Position numbers and translations under genes: made by a program. Below the pieces are notes generated by a model. That model searched no databases. It worked only from the letters and a program-made list of their open reading frames with translations, and was not told the origin of the DNA. Shown here piece by piece: positions 1 through 12,739 of a stretch of DNA of 64,000 bases; position 1 is the stretch's first letter, and each line of letters opens with the position of its first letter. This DNA is from Diplonema japonicum (Eukaryota > Protista > Euglenozoa: Diplonemea): assembly GCA_964019335.1 (NCBI GenBank), contig OZ025737.1:310001-374000 (forward strand), written 5' to 3'.

Positions 1-1
1 C

Positions 2-2393
2 AAGGCAAAGCAGCTTGCTCAGCAGAAGAGAGAGGAAAAGAGGAAAATACCAGCGGCGATTGTCATCCAGCAGGCGTGGAGAGCGTGCTACACAGCAAAG
101 AAGAAGCGCGAGACTGAGTTGTACCACCTCAGGAAGCAGGAGGAAAAGAGGAAGGCGGAAAAACGAACGTGTGCCGTCATCGCGATGCAAGCATGGGTGA
201 GAGGCAACAAAGGGAGAGACGAGGCGCGGGCTGTAAGAACCAAGTGGCGCAAGAAGAACGCAGACGTAGTCACCATCCAAAGGACATGGAAAGGCTGGGT
301 GGCACGGAAAGAACTCCGCACTCTGAGGAAGATAGCCAAACGTGTCGCAGAGCAGGAACAGGTTTTTAAAGAGCAGTCCAAAGCTTCCATCATCATCCAG
401 AAGGCGGTGCGCAGGATGCTGGCTATAAAGAACGTACAGCACCGTAGAAAGCTGCACCGAACCGCAATCTGTCTTCAAAGGTTCTTCCTGGTGGTGCTTG
501 CAAAGGCTCTTTTGAATCGGAAGAAAAAGTGCAGGCGTGAGAGGAAGGAAGACAGCGCCGCAAGAAAAATTCAAAGGAAAACGAGGAAGTGGTTGTACAT
601 GTGCGAGCTAAGGAGGCTTGAAGCTTACTACAACGGGAAAAGGCAGAAGAAGCTGCATGAGGACAAAAGACAAGAAGCAGTGATTGCGATCCAGTCCAGC
701 TGGAGGGGGTTCCAAGGGAGGAATCTGTGGCGCGTGGTTAAAGAAAAACATGACATACGAACTGAAGCCGCACAATTGGTGCAAAGGAACTGGCTCATCT
801 ACAGGTTCAGGGGCGCGATGGAAGGCGAGCTGGCATCACGCAGAAAAGTGAAGCTGTGCACCGAGAATGCAGCACTGACAATACAGGTCTTCTGGCGAGG
901 CGTGCTGGCGCAAGAATACATGCAAATGCTTCGGGAGGACAAGGAGATACAAATCGACGCAGCTATACACATGCAGTGCTGGTGGAGGAGACACCTTGCT
1001 GTGCAGGAGACTGCATGCAGACGCAAGGCTAAACAGCTCATACACCGCAAAGCAGAGCTAGAAGCCGTGAACTTCGAGAGGAGCCTCATCCTTGCGCAGG
1101 CTGCAGCACGGTCCATCGTCGCGCAGCTCAACAGGAACACCCGCATCGTCGCTTTTATCGAGAAGCAAATCACTGTGCAGCACACCTACGCCATCTCCAT
1201 CCAGAACGGTGCAGCAGTGGCCATCCAAGCATGCTACAGGGGGTACAGCGACCGCATGTTCGTGAGGGGCTTGAAACGAGAGAAGAAAGAGGAGGAGCTT
1301 GCGCACCAGCGAAGCCTCGAGAAGAAGGACGCCGCAGTGCACACCATGCAGTGCTTCATGAGAGTCAGCATCGCGAAGATGCGGACGGCGGAAAAACGCG
1401 AGGAGGTGCACGAAAGGGCAAACGCAAACACGCAAGAAGACCCTGCAGAGGTGGTGCAGCAGCTTTTCTGGGAGATGGAGACGCGCACGGGAAGGGCCGT
1501 CATCAAAGAGAACGAGGAGAGGAAGAACAAACGAACGAAAGCAGCGACCACCATCCAATGCCGAACAAGAGTGTGGCTGGCACGCAGGGTTAAGGGTAGT
1601 CTCGACGAAGCGAGGGCGCAGGACCGGAAGGCCTTGATCATCCAAAAGGCGTGGGCTGTGAAGAAGGAGAGGCTTCATGAGGCGGCGGAGAACAGACGCG
1701 AAGCAGCAGCGGTGAAGATCCAGTCACAACAGCGTGCGATGATGGCGAGGGCGACATTCAAGAAACTGCTGCACAGACACAACGAGGAGGTGATGGTAGA
1801 GCTCAAACAGGAGGAGCTTATCGACAAAGCTGTGGTGGCGCTGCAGTCGTTCTGGCGGTTGGTGTGCGCGAAGAAGGTAGCGGCAGCGAGGGCGATGGAG
1901 CTGTACACTGTGAGGGCCACGAAGAAAATGCACGAGTCTGCCACGTTCATCCAAAAAGTCTGGCGCGGCATACTTGGGCGGAGGAGGGCCGCAAAAATCA
2001 GCAAAACACAAAAGTCGCTGAAGATGGAAGCCGAGCACAGACAGGTGTGGCGCTTTGCAATTTCTAATCAAAACCCCCGCACAGTTGTACCCAGCGAACT
2101 CGGATTTCGCAAGATTCGGAGGGACACAGAAATACTCTGCGAAAGAAAGGGACGAAGCAGCTCTCAAAATCCAGGTAAGTTGCCCTTTATGGGAAAGAAA
2201 AGAAGGGGTGCAAAACCTTACAGGGGTGGACGCGTCAGAATATTGCAAGAGACAGCTTGCGGGAGATGAGGGCAAGCTACACAGAACACAGAGAAGGCCT
2301 TATGCAAGATGAAGCGGCGGTCATTATCCAGGTGTGCCTGACATGCTTTGAAACAAACCACCTTCGCCACAGAATGCATGGAGGGGCAGATAG
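2..2393 (+). CDS. IQ-motif repeat, coiled-coil calmodulin-binding protein (5' partial)
   Basis: Frame is open from position 2 and carries many IQxxWRG-type motifs. GT-AG introns at 2045-2084, 2175-2223 and 2332-2372 join further IQ motifs (KIQ|GWTR, IIQ|NAWRGR*). Stop at 2391-2393. Confidence 0.85.
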
Positions 2394-2516
2394 ACCCTCG
2401 GGCTTTGTCCCTTTTTATGATGCCCATCATTGCGCTAACTGGATTTGCCTGTTACCACCGGCATACTTCTCTTTTTTTTTTTTCTTCTTTTTTTTTCCTC
2501 TTCTCTTTTTCTTTCG

Positions 2517-2605
2517 AAAAAGAAAGAAAAACCGAGGCCCAGAAGGGGGGAAAAGGAGCGGATAAGTAGGTCGTTCCAAAAACAGGAACCTCCTCCGTCT
2601 CATCT
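2517..2605 (+). mobile_element. 3'-terminal fragment of the LINE family seen at 39659-41118
   Basis: agaaagaaaaaccgaggcccagaaggg...gataagtag...cgttccaa.acaggaacctcct...tctcat aligns to about 41020-41115 and is followed by a T tract. Confidence 0.75.
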
Positions 2606-2824
2606 TTTCTCTCTCTTTTTTTTTTTTTTTTTTTTTTTTTGTTTTTTTTTTTTTTTGTTTTCAAATGTTTATAGTAATCGAAGTTGTTATTAGTAGCATC
2701 TGTTGCCTGTGTTTAGGCTCCCCCCTCACCCCTATACTTATCTATTCCTGTTTTTCTCTAAAGAAACAACAACCATAAAGGGCACTTAATAATAGCATTG
2801 CAGGTAATTTAAGCGCGGAAGAGA

Positions 2825-4441
2825 ATGGTCAAAAGAGGACTCGAAGTTACTACTTTTTCCGAGCAAGAACTCATCCTGACGGTTGCGCAGCAGATCGTTG
2901 CGGAGAAGAAGAAACAAGAAATGGAGCTCCAGCAGCAGAAGATAGGGCAGTACGTGGTAGCGTTTCAGGGACATCTACAGCAACACCAGCAGCAACAACT
3001 ACAGCTGCAACAACAACAACAGCTGCAACAGCAACAACAACAGCCGCAGCAGCAACAGTACCAGCCCCAGATGGTTCAAGCTGTAGGCCAGGGTCAGCTA
3101 GGAGGCATTGCGATCCCGGTGATGCAAAGCGCACCCCAAGCCCAAGGGATACAGGGCATGGTGCACATGAATGGCCAGCAACAAGGATTCCAACGGTATC
3201 CTAACAATGTTACCTTGATGCAGCCAATGGGGCAGATTCAGGGACAGGGAATGGCTGTGCAGAGCATGCCGCTCCAGGGAATGCAGGTTAGTAACGGGTG
3301 CATGCAAGGGATGCAAGGAATGCAAGCGACGCCCCAGGTTTTGACGGCCAACCAGCTGCAACTCTACCAACTGCAGCAACTGATGCAGCAGCAACAGCAA
3401 CAGCAACAACATCAGCAGCAACAGCAACAGCAGCAACAACAGCAGCAAGGCCAGCAGGTTCCTATCGCAAACGGGAATGGCAACGGGACCCTCCAGGCGC
3501 AGAAGAAGCAGAAGCGGCCCCCTGACGCCTTCTACCCGAACAAGAAGTACGGCAACTCAACATACGTTCCTGACAATGAAGCGGAGATCGCAGCAGACTA
3601 CAGAAGACAGCAACAAGCGTTCACCCCAGGCTGCCCCCCCATCTCGGGGAGGTTGGACTGGAGCAAAGTGGCAAACCAGGGGATGATCAGGAGGATGATG
3701 TGCAGGGACACTGTAAAGCTAGCGGACAACTACAACTTCATCCCATTCGGGATGAGCGTGCGCCCAGGCTTTGTCTCGCTGGAAGAGGAAGAAGAGCTCA
3801 AGCGCAACGTTGATGCAGCAACACACATGTGGGACACGAAGCTGAACAGAAAAACACAGCAATACGGGTACAAGTTCGACCACCACTCAAGCAGCCTGGT
3901 GGAAGGTGATGAGAAGCTGCCGCCATGGGCTGTGAAGCTCACTGAGAAAATGAAGGAACAAGGCCTCATTGAGGTACTTCCAAATCAGCTAATCGTGAAC
4001 GAGTACGAACCCGGGCAGGGCATCAACCCGCACTCCGATCAGTACTGCTTCGAGGATTTAATTTGCGTTGTGTCGCTGGGGTGTGACATCACAATGGTGT
4101 GGGGAGAGAAAAAGAAAAAAAAGAAACAAAAAAATACAGACATGGGTGAACTCCACGGACTACATTGCTGCGCAGGAAGGCGTTCCCACAAACTCTGCCA
4201 TCTTGACTCAGATCAAGCGGGGGTCCTTCGTGTCCTTCTCTCAGATGTCCAGGTGGCGTTGGCAACATGCTATTAAAGGGCTTGAGGACGATTTTGATGA
4301 AACTGGTTGTGTGGTCCCACGGACTAGAAGGGTGTCCCTTACCTTTAGAAATGTTGACCCTGTTAAGTGGGAGAACCGGGTGAAGTTCTTGGAGTCGGGT
4401 GCCAATAGTATTGAGGATGAGGTGTTTAGGTGTGTGGGAAG

Positions 4442-4492
<51 letters not shown>

Positions 4493-4569
4493 AAAAAAAA
4501 AACAGGCATAAGGGTATGCTGATGAACAAAAGAAAGGAGAACCGCCGAAACAAGCATCAAAACAACTAA
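2825..4569 (+). CDS. AlkB-family 2OG-Fe(II) dioxygenase with a polyQ/Met-Gly-rich N-terminus
   Basis: Motifs PNQLIVNEYEPGQGINPHSD (HxD), VVSLG, WQHAI and RRVSLTFR. A-rich introns at 4097-4139 and 4430-4505 restore the frame. Stop at 4567-4569. Confidence 0.85.
2975..3460 (+). repeat. CAG/CAA polyglutamine tracts in the AlkB gene
   Basis: Two Q-runs at about 2978-3058 and 3386-3457. Confidence 0.9.
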
Positions 4570-5445
4570 GAGAGGAAAAAGGGGGGGAGGAAAACGGAAA
4601 AAAAAAAGAGAAAAAAAAAAGAAAGTGTCTTCCCCCCTAGTGTTTTTTTTTTTCTTTTCGTTCTATTATTTGGGGATTTTTTTTATTTTTTGTGGGGTTT
4701 CGTTATCCTTCCCCGTCATAGTGAAATTTATCCTCCCCCCCCCCCCCCTCCCCGTCGTTCTGGTTTGGTATAATTTTTACCCCCCCTATTTTTTTTCTGT
4801 TTCTTGTTTTCCCAAAAGAATAAGAAGGAAAAAAAAAAGTAATTTTATTTTGCCTAACTTTCTGTATCCCCCCCCTTTTTTCTTCCTTTCACCCTTTCTC
4901 ATCTGATGGGCAGTGATAAGGATAAAAGAAGGAGGGGATGAAGAAGAGGAGTATGCCGTAATTGTTAGACCCAAGGGAGGGGGGTTTTTTTTTTCCCGTT
5001 TTTTTTAAAAAAAACAAGAAAAAAAAAAAAGAAAAGCCAATTTATTCACCACGAATCATAATGATTTATGTCACTCAAGTGAATTTCTTCCCCCACTGAG
5101 AAAAACGGCGCAAAAACTTCTTAAGGGCGTGTGTAAAAAAAGCGGTTTTCATTTTTTTTAAACAAAAATTAAAATGGGGAATTGATAACCCGTACTCTAG
5201 TGATTGCCCCACGCGGGGGGGGGGGGGGGGGGCACTGAAAACTGAAACCCGCTTGGAAAATGGGGTTTCTAAGAAGAAAGAAATTGAGGCGAACGGAAAA
5301 TTTTTTTCAAAAGCAAATTTTTTTCTAACCCCCCCCTGCAAAAAAAGATTTGGTGAGGGTAGACCGGGGACAAGAGATTTGGAGTTCCTCTCGTACCCCC
5401 GTATTGCTGTTGAGGGTACGCCGGCGTTTTCTTGTTCTTGTCCCT

Positions 5446-5477
<32 letters not shown>

Positions 5478-5859
5478 CTCTCTCTTTTAACTTCTATGTA
5501 TCTTGGCAAAATTAAAAGGAGGGGACATTTACCGTACTCATCTGTCTGAGGTGCCATGTGCAAGGTCAGCCTCGCCTCTACAGTGTCTTCCTGTCCGCTA
5601 CGTGACTTTCTGACAGGTGGTTGCTGACAAGTGCCTTATGACTCTTGCTGATAGCGGTTTTTGGTTATCCTCCCTCTTTTTTTTTTTTTCTTATATATTC
5701 CTTCGTTCTATTTTTTTGTTTTTTGTTTTGTTTTTCGTTTCAGGCAGGGGTGCACCCTCATCTTCTTCAGGAAAAACAAAAGTAAAAAAAAGGGGGGGGA
5801 CGAGAGAGTAGCCCCCGTAAAGCGTAAAATAACTGAAGATTTACTTTTTTCTATTTTAA

Positions 5860-7669
5860 CCCACAAAGGACCGCTATTTTTCGTCTAAAAAGTCGATTTT
5901 GAACTTTTCGTTCAAATACCAAAATTAAATGGCGAGGGTGGAGTTAGAGCGTGTGTACCTATATTATTTTCACTACCCCATTTCTGGAGCGCGAAGCGGC
6001 CTGCATTTCAGCCCCAGACGCGCCCAAACTTTGGTGGTAGAGCAGCATTTGAGAGAAACAACTCTTGCAAAGGGCACATGCTATCCGGAGGTTCCATGGT
6101 TTCGGCAAGCAGCGCTTATTCAGCGTGCAGGGTGGGCTGGTTATTTTTTTTTCACCACTTATGGCTGTTCTTTGAACACAAGGTCCGAGGTGCCGCAGAT
6201 ATGCGACTTGTCCAATTTAAACGTATTTCTATTTTCAAGTGGTTTTCAAGAGGTTTTCAGGTGGTTTTTTAAGGTGTCGTTAATGTGAAAAAATTCGAAA
6301 CAGGGCACAGGGCACATTGCTACGTTGCAATCTCTGCACGAGAACATGGCCTGGGTGCGTTTTTTCTCTAATTTTGCACACAGTGCAATTCCGTGCCTTT
6401 TGCATCTTTTCAGGACACATTAAAGGACCCTTGGCACGTGAAGGTGCACCCTTGGCACGTGAAGGTGCACCCTTGGTACGTGAAGGTGCACCCTGAGGGG
6501 TAGGTATCTTAGGTTCCGGCGGGGAACACTTGATGTGGGTGCCACCCTTTTGCGATGGTGTTGTTTGACAAGATTTCTTTGCCACACACTTGCTGACACT
6601 GAATGGGTATTCTGGGAGCAATTTCCGGGTTTTCCTGATGGTCCCCATGCAGTGGAAATCCGCATTGTAAATCCGTATCAACAATGGGACAAGCGAAAGC
6701 AGTTGTCAAAGACAATCCAGTAATTCTGGTGCTGATATTCGGTGAGCAGCTCTGCCTCTTTCCCCCGGGTGCCCGCGCCGGTACAAACAATCATGTTTAG
6801 AGTGTAACCGGTGTCTGATTTGCATTTTGAACCCATAACGCTTCCTCTTCTTCGGCTCACAAACAATGAACCCGACACGGCTTCTACAGCGTATGATGGT
6901 TCATCCACAGCAAGGTTTCGCTTGGGTACATACAGGGATGACCAAGAAGGAATCACAAGATTTATAAGATTGCGCCCGTTAGCCATTCTGTCTCCTTCTC
7001 CTCCACCAGGGGGCAACCCAAACCGCATTTGGCGCATTATTCTTAGGAGCCTGTTTCTTTCCATTACCGTTCTGAAATATTGTGAATATGGGGTATCTGT
7101 GAGTTCGTCCTGTGCCCAGTAGACCTTGATATCTGTCTTGATTATGAGCCCTGTAAGTATCCAAAGGCCTCTATACCACTCGAATGGCTTGCTGCCCACC
7201 CCACGATAGCCTTTTAGAGCCGCAGGAGTGAAAAACAACTCAAAGTACAGGACAAACCCCCTGCTGGAGGGGCGCCCTATCAAAAACAAAGGAAAAACCT
7301 CCAGCCCGTTGAGACCCACTACTGGTACACTTGGACCTGGTACCTTGCGAAATATTTTCCTCCCCACCTTCTCGATTTTGTCATCCCATTCCATATCCGG
7401 GATATCCCCATCATCCGGTGACACTGACCCTTCTTCAGAAGTACTTTCGGTACAACTCCTTATGGGGTGTAAAAAAAACAATGTCTGTGCCACTATTTTT
7501 TTCTCCCCTTGCAGGATGCAAAAATTTACGAGCGATATAGCGTTCAGCATAAAAAAAGTCGCGCAATAAGGCCCCTCTTTAAAGAGTGGGCATGCAGAGC
7601 ACTAAAAATGCCTTAGCAGAATTTAAAAAATCTTTTTTAGCTGAATATTCAGCTCCGGTCCTTTATGGG
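5860..7669 (-). mobile_element. piggyBac transposon, degenerate
   Basis: TTAA at 5856-5859 and 7670-7673 flanks 14-bp TIRs CCCACAAAGGACCG / CGGTCCTTTATGGG (13/14 match). Minus-strand ORF 6678-7550 has PGBD motifs (FRTVMERNRL..IMRQMRF, LAVDE, DTGY, VFDN). A frameshifted Cys-rich C-terminus lies near 6280-6400. Confidence 0.9.
6428..6494. repeat. 21-bp tandem repeat x3 (cccttggcacgtgaaggtgca) inside the piggyBac
   Basis: Units start at 6428, 6449 and 6470. The third unit has one mismatch. Confidence 0.9.
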
Positions 7670-8217
7670 TTAAAAAAAAAACTCCCCCCCCCCCAATACT
7701 TTTTTTATACGCAACTGCAAAGTGAAAAAAAATGTCAGGATGTCAAATTCCCGGACTCAATCTTTTTTTTTTTTCTTTGTTTTCTTTTTTTTTAAAAAAG
7801 GAAAAGGAAAAACTCTGACATTTTGTCAAATCCGGCACGTTTTCAATTTAGGGTATTATCTTTTTTTTTTTTTTTTTTTTTTGATACATGGTGACAACAA
7901 AAAAGAAAAGAAAAGAAAAGAAAAGAAAAGAAAACTGATGATCTTCTGTGGGCTGTTAGAATGAGGGGGTGGAGGGGAAGGTTAAAATATGGGGGCACTC
8001 TGACCTCCCCCTCCCCACAAAAATGGCAAAACTTTTTAAATTCCAAGCAGGAAGAGAAAAACACCGCAATTGTTTAACCAATACGGTACTTTTTTTTCTT
8101 CTTTTCTTCTAAGAACTCAACGCAAGCAACAAACAATGCGCCAAGACTAGTCATGCCCAACAAGAATAAGGAGGGAGGTCAAGTCATTAGTGAAGAATAA
8201 GATTTTTTTTTTTTTAG

Positions 8218-10377
8218 CTTGCTAATGGAGCTCAGCACGCAACTGGAGGAGGCGCTGCTACATCAAATACCGCTGAATGGTTTAGCGCTAGACTTTGTCA
8301 AGTGCTTTGATCGCATCCCGCAGGAGGTGGCGTTTGGGTTGATGGAAGACCTAGGAATGCACGGCCGAATCTTGAGGCCGCTACGAGGGATGTACGCGCG
8401 CATGAAACGACGTTTCCGGTTCCCAATCGGTGTAGGGCGCGAGTTCCGTGTGACGAACGGGATTCTACAAGGCTGCCCGATATCCGTCATCATGGTGAAC
8501 GCGATGGTGTCGGTGATGGTGAGGTGTGTGACAGTTGAAGTGCCGGGGGCATGGTCCTTATCATACGCCGATGATGCCTACTTGCTCGCAATTCTCAGGA
8601 AGGCCCTCAAAGCTGCAGCAGAAAAAACGGTGGAGTTCTGTAACGCAACGGGCATGCTACTAAATGTGGACAAATCACATGCGTTCACCACAAAAACGGA
8701 TGAACTAGAGGAGAAGTTAGAATGCTCTGACATGTCCTTCAAGGTCAAACAAGAGGTGAAGTCGTTGGGTGTAATGCTATGCACAGACGGGAAACACCGA
8801 CTCACGAAGACAAAATCGGCGGAAGACGAACTTGCGCGACTCGGCGCGCTACCACTCACGTTTCATAACAAGACGGAAATGTTACTCGGCACGGTGCTGC
8901 CAGCATGCCTATACGGAGCGACGTACGCTGAGCCGTCTGAAGACCTGCTGAAAAGACTTAGGACGGCGGCTGCGAAGGCCTTGTGGGGCCCGCACTTTAC
9001 GATGAGGAACCCGATTGCCCTACTCAGCGTAGCGCTACCTGGCCACACAGCCCTACCTGAAGCGAAAGTTTGCTACACCGCGATCAACTGCATCGTGAGA
9101 GAGGGGAGAGGGTCGGAGGAGCTATGGAGCCGAATCAAGAAGATAGCTCAGATATATGAAGATACGGAGCTACCAGCAGTGGGGCCAGTGGGAACGGCCG
9201 TACGCAGGTGGCTACCGCTAGTAGAGAAGAAGTGGCAGTTCATGGAGGGCCTGTACGAGAAGTCGGCGCACGAGAGGAAGCACCAGGTGAGGGAGGTGCT
9301 GAGACCTGCTATCATGAAACAACTCGTAAGCTGTCGACCAACGTTTGAGGACGCAGAGAAGGGGGCACATCCTCTTACAAACAGCATGTGGAGAAAAACA
9401 CTGGCCAGACACCCGCTAAGTGCTTTCAGAACGAGGAGGGTCATCTGTGGAGCGATCTTCACGGTACACCCAAAAGTATGGAGCAAGAAGCTTGATGTGG
9501 CAGACAAGCTCACATGTGATGTCTGCGACCACCAGGCGGAGACGACGGAGCAGATCACAGAGCACGCGCTGTGGGAGTGTGCCCCTGCGAGACAAGCGCA
9601 GCAGGAAAGTGTGTACGCGGAGGTCAAAAGAGAAGGGCTGCCGAAAGCAACGGCGCTACACGGTGTAGTGGTGAGAGGAACGGGAGCGGAAGTGCAGAAA
9701 CAAGCGCGACTGGTGCAGAGCTACCTGGTGCGAGTGGTGGCGTTGCGTGACAGTAGAGCAGCGGAGAGGACGGTGCATGTTATAAGACCATATCCTTGGA
9801 AAGAGACGACGACCGGAACAAGATGCCCGGTACCGACGGAGGAGATGCTTGTTGCGCACGGAGCAACGGGTGAGATACTGAAAAAGCAGTTGAAACATGT
9901 GCTACCCTGGCTGCAAGGTCTGAGGTGGTACCTAGGATCGAAGAAGACGTCAATCACCACGATGGAGCTGGCAATTGATTTTGAGATGACGACCGGTATA
10001 TCCTTATACGGGGAACATGGGGAGAGCAGTCTGTTGGAGAGAAAAGCCGCACGTCTGCGGTACATCCTCAATAGAGTGCAAGCATGTGCGGCAAAGGGCA
10101 ACAAAAGCGGCTTCCCGGCAAGAAGGATGACCAGAGTACACTCCCTGAGAAACCTAGGCGCACCAGCGATGCATGGCTACGACAAGAGACCCCTGTTCTC
10201 GTCAACCCAAACAGCCCCCTATTTGGAGGGACTGCGACCGATGTTCTTAGCGCAGATGCCGTCCATGACGGACAGGCAAACCCCGACGGCCGGCACCAGG
10301 ATGCAACCGCGGTGACAGGCACGTGTAGGATCCCCCGTCCACGGTGGGCACCAACCAGCGCACCGCAAAAATAGATC

Positions 10378-10380
<3 letters not shown>
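8218..10380 (+). mobile_element. 5'-truncated non-LTR retrotransposon (LINE) with an uninterrupted RT ORF, 8219-10315
   Basis: RT motifs LDFVKCFDRIP, GILQGCPIS and SYADD, plus a CCHC knuckle (CDVC...EHALWEC). The ORF starts inside the RT domain. Flanked by T tracts on both sides. Confidence 0.9.
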
Positions 10381-10415
<35 letters not shown>

Positions 10416-10828
10416 AAGAACGAAGAAAGAGGAAAGTTGGACTGTGCTACTTTTTAATGCCGAAGGACAGGCTGATTAAATCAGCTTTTTTTAAAATTTA
10501 ATAAAAAAAGAAGAAAAAAAAATTGTTTTCTTTCTTTTTTTTTTGTTTTTCTCGGTTTTTGTTAATTTATTATCTTTTTTGTTTCTCGTTACTCCCCCCC
10601 TGTCCTTTTTTTTTTTTGTTCAAATTCAAAGAACACGGTACCCGGGCCAACCGGGTGAGCGTCTCGAGACACTTCTTAGCAAGTCGAAAAAGAAGTGGAA
10701 TTTAAAAAAAAAAAAAAAAGAAAAAAAAAGAAAATGTCAAACACAAGAAAAAGGGAACTTTTCTCCCGGCACATACCATACCAAACCGTCCAATTCCTCT
10801 TTTTTTTCTTTCTTTCTTTAAAAAAAAA

Positions 10829-10868
10829 AGGGCGCCGCCAACACCGGCCTCCTTTAACTCATATATAT
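10829..10868 (+). mobile_element. 3' tail fragment of the ribozyme-SINE family
   Basis: agggcgccgccaacaccggcctcctttaactcatatatat matches the 3' end of the copies at 45309 and 11649. Confidence 0.8.
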
Positions 10869-11648
10869 TCTTTTTTTTTGTTTCCCCGTCTCCCCCCCCC
10901 CCCTTTTTTGTTCTCACACGCATGGTACCCAGGGTGATGTTAACCCTGGATACCTTGTAAATTTGCCCGTAGAAACATTTTCTAGCGGTGCGTATCCTGA
11001 AGGAAAAGAAATTTATCAGCGACTCCAAGAACGAAGTACGTCGGGGAAAGGGGGTGGCGCTCTATATTTGTTTGTGCTAAGATTTCTCATTTGCCCCATT
11101 TGAACCATTTCAATATAATTTATACACCCACCACCACTGGCTATATTGCGCCATAGGTCCCTCGGTTTAGTTTGGTACCCGTGCCGTTGACTGATGAAGA
11201 TAGGGGGACGGTTAAATCCAAGCATGTAGGGGTTGCGTAGTGCAACTGACGTCAGCAAAAAAAGGGTGTGACGGGGCGAGATTCTTCAAAGTAGAGGTTA
11301 TATTGCAATGGGCGGGGGAGTTTTTCTTTCCCCCCCCTTTTTTTTTCTCTTTATATATTTTTACACCTCACATCTCAAAAAAAAAAAAAGTTCCTGGGAA
11401 TTTTTTTTTTTTTGAATCGCCGGTTTTCATTGTTTACAACTAAAGACAGTCTTCTTTGTTTCCCCCCTCCCCCTTTTTTTTCCACGCTTTTATTTCTCCG
11501 GGCATTTTTCTTTTCCTTTTTCTTTTTTTTTTTTTTGGTGCCAAAAAAAAAAAAGATGCAGCCAGGTAAATTTGGGGAGGTGGCGTTAAGTATGCACCTC
11601 TCCTCTCTCCCCATAGTGAAGGTTAAACAAAGAAAAAGTTTTTTTTTT

Positions 11649-11923
11649 TGGTGGGGATAACACGAGGGAAGCAAAAAAAAGAAAAAAAGAAGATAAATAA
11701 ATATAAGAAGTCTGTTGTTCGCTGTTGACCTCCTCGGTCATCAGATTGCGCCGAGTGAAAGAACGCATTGCAGATGCTCAGGGTAGCAAACTGCACGAGC
11801 GCAGAATCTTGGTTATGTGGAACGCAGAAGAAGCTACAACTCGGCCGCAGTGCGCCCCCTGTAATCAAGTAGACAGTTCTTGTGCAGGGCGCCGCCAACA
11901 CCGGCCTCCTTTAACTCATATAT
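11649..11923 (+). mobile_element. Short retroposon (SINE-like) copy with a decayed 5' ribozyme
   Basis: Colinear with 45309-45644 but carries internal deletions. Same 3' end cctcctttaactcatatat. Confidence 0.85.
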
Positions 11924-12739
11924 TTTTTTTGCGGAAAAGAAAGAAAAGAAATTAAAGAAAAAAAGAAAGCACCTATACATGCCAAGGCCTCAGTTTTCTT
12001 TCACTCGCTGATGTATATCCATCGAGAACAAAAAGAAATGTTAAAATGCATATTTCCTCTTTTTTTTTTTTTTTTTTTTATAAAGGGGCGGCTAATACAA
12101 AATAAAAAAGATATCCCAGTGGTTGTGTGCCGTTCCCCTTTATACACTCCCCTCCCCTCCCCCCCTCCCCTCCCCTTTTCGCGCTCACAAATCCATGACT
12201 CTACTGCCGGTTTCGAAGTACATTCTGGTGGGAGAAAGTACCTTTAGCAGTTTGACTCCGTTTTTGGACAGCAGCAGAGTTTAAAAAGAGGGGGATCCCT
12301 CAAAAAAGAAAACAAAAGGACCCTCTTTCCTGATAGTGAGGAAGGCAAGAGGGGGTGCTTCTTACTTCCTTCACTTTCTTTTGTATTTTCTTTTTTTCTT
12401 TTTCAGAATTATATTTCTATTTTTTGTTTTTTTTTTGTTCCCCCCCCACCTCGCCTTTTTTTTTGTAGCTGGAACAAAGAATCGTACAAAAAAGAAAAAG
12501 AAAGCCCTTTTCAGGATTCTTTTTTTTTTTTATTTACAAGCTTACCTTTAAAATTAGATGAGTTAAGAGGAAAAAAAAAAAAAAAACAATAACAAGTAGA
12601 GGGGGCAAAGAAGGGCGAAGGAACGGCACCCCGACCCCGCCTCTCAGTTATTTACTGGCGTTTTGCATATCTGAGCTGCGGCTTGATTTTTTTTTTTTCT
12701 CCCTCGTTTGACGATTTTTTCTTTTTTTTTTTTTTTTTA

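Noticed and set aside
4600-5850. Short Phe- or Lys-rich ORFs here and in similar spacers
   Set aside because: These are translations of poly(T) and poly(A) tracts, whose lengths may also include sequencing error.
6428-6494. 21-bp direct repeats as a possible CRISPR array
   Set aside because: Head-to-tail with no spacers, inside a piggyBac in eukaryotic DNA, and no cas genes nearby.
11185-11230. CTGATGA as a possible hammerhead ribozyme core
   Set aside because: No suitably placed GAAA or stem II found.
12556-12570. Minus-strand cctcttaactcat near the Ingi-like fragment as another copy of the 3' motif
   Set aside because: Imperfect, short, and separated from the fragment by low-complexity sequence.
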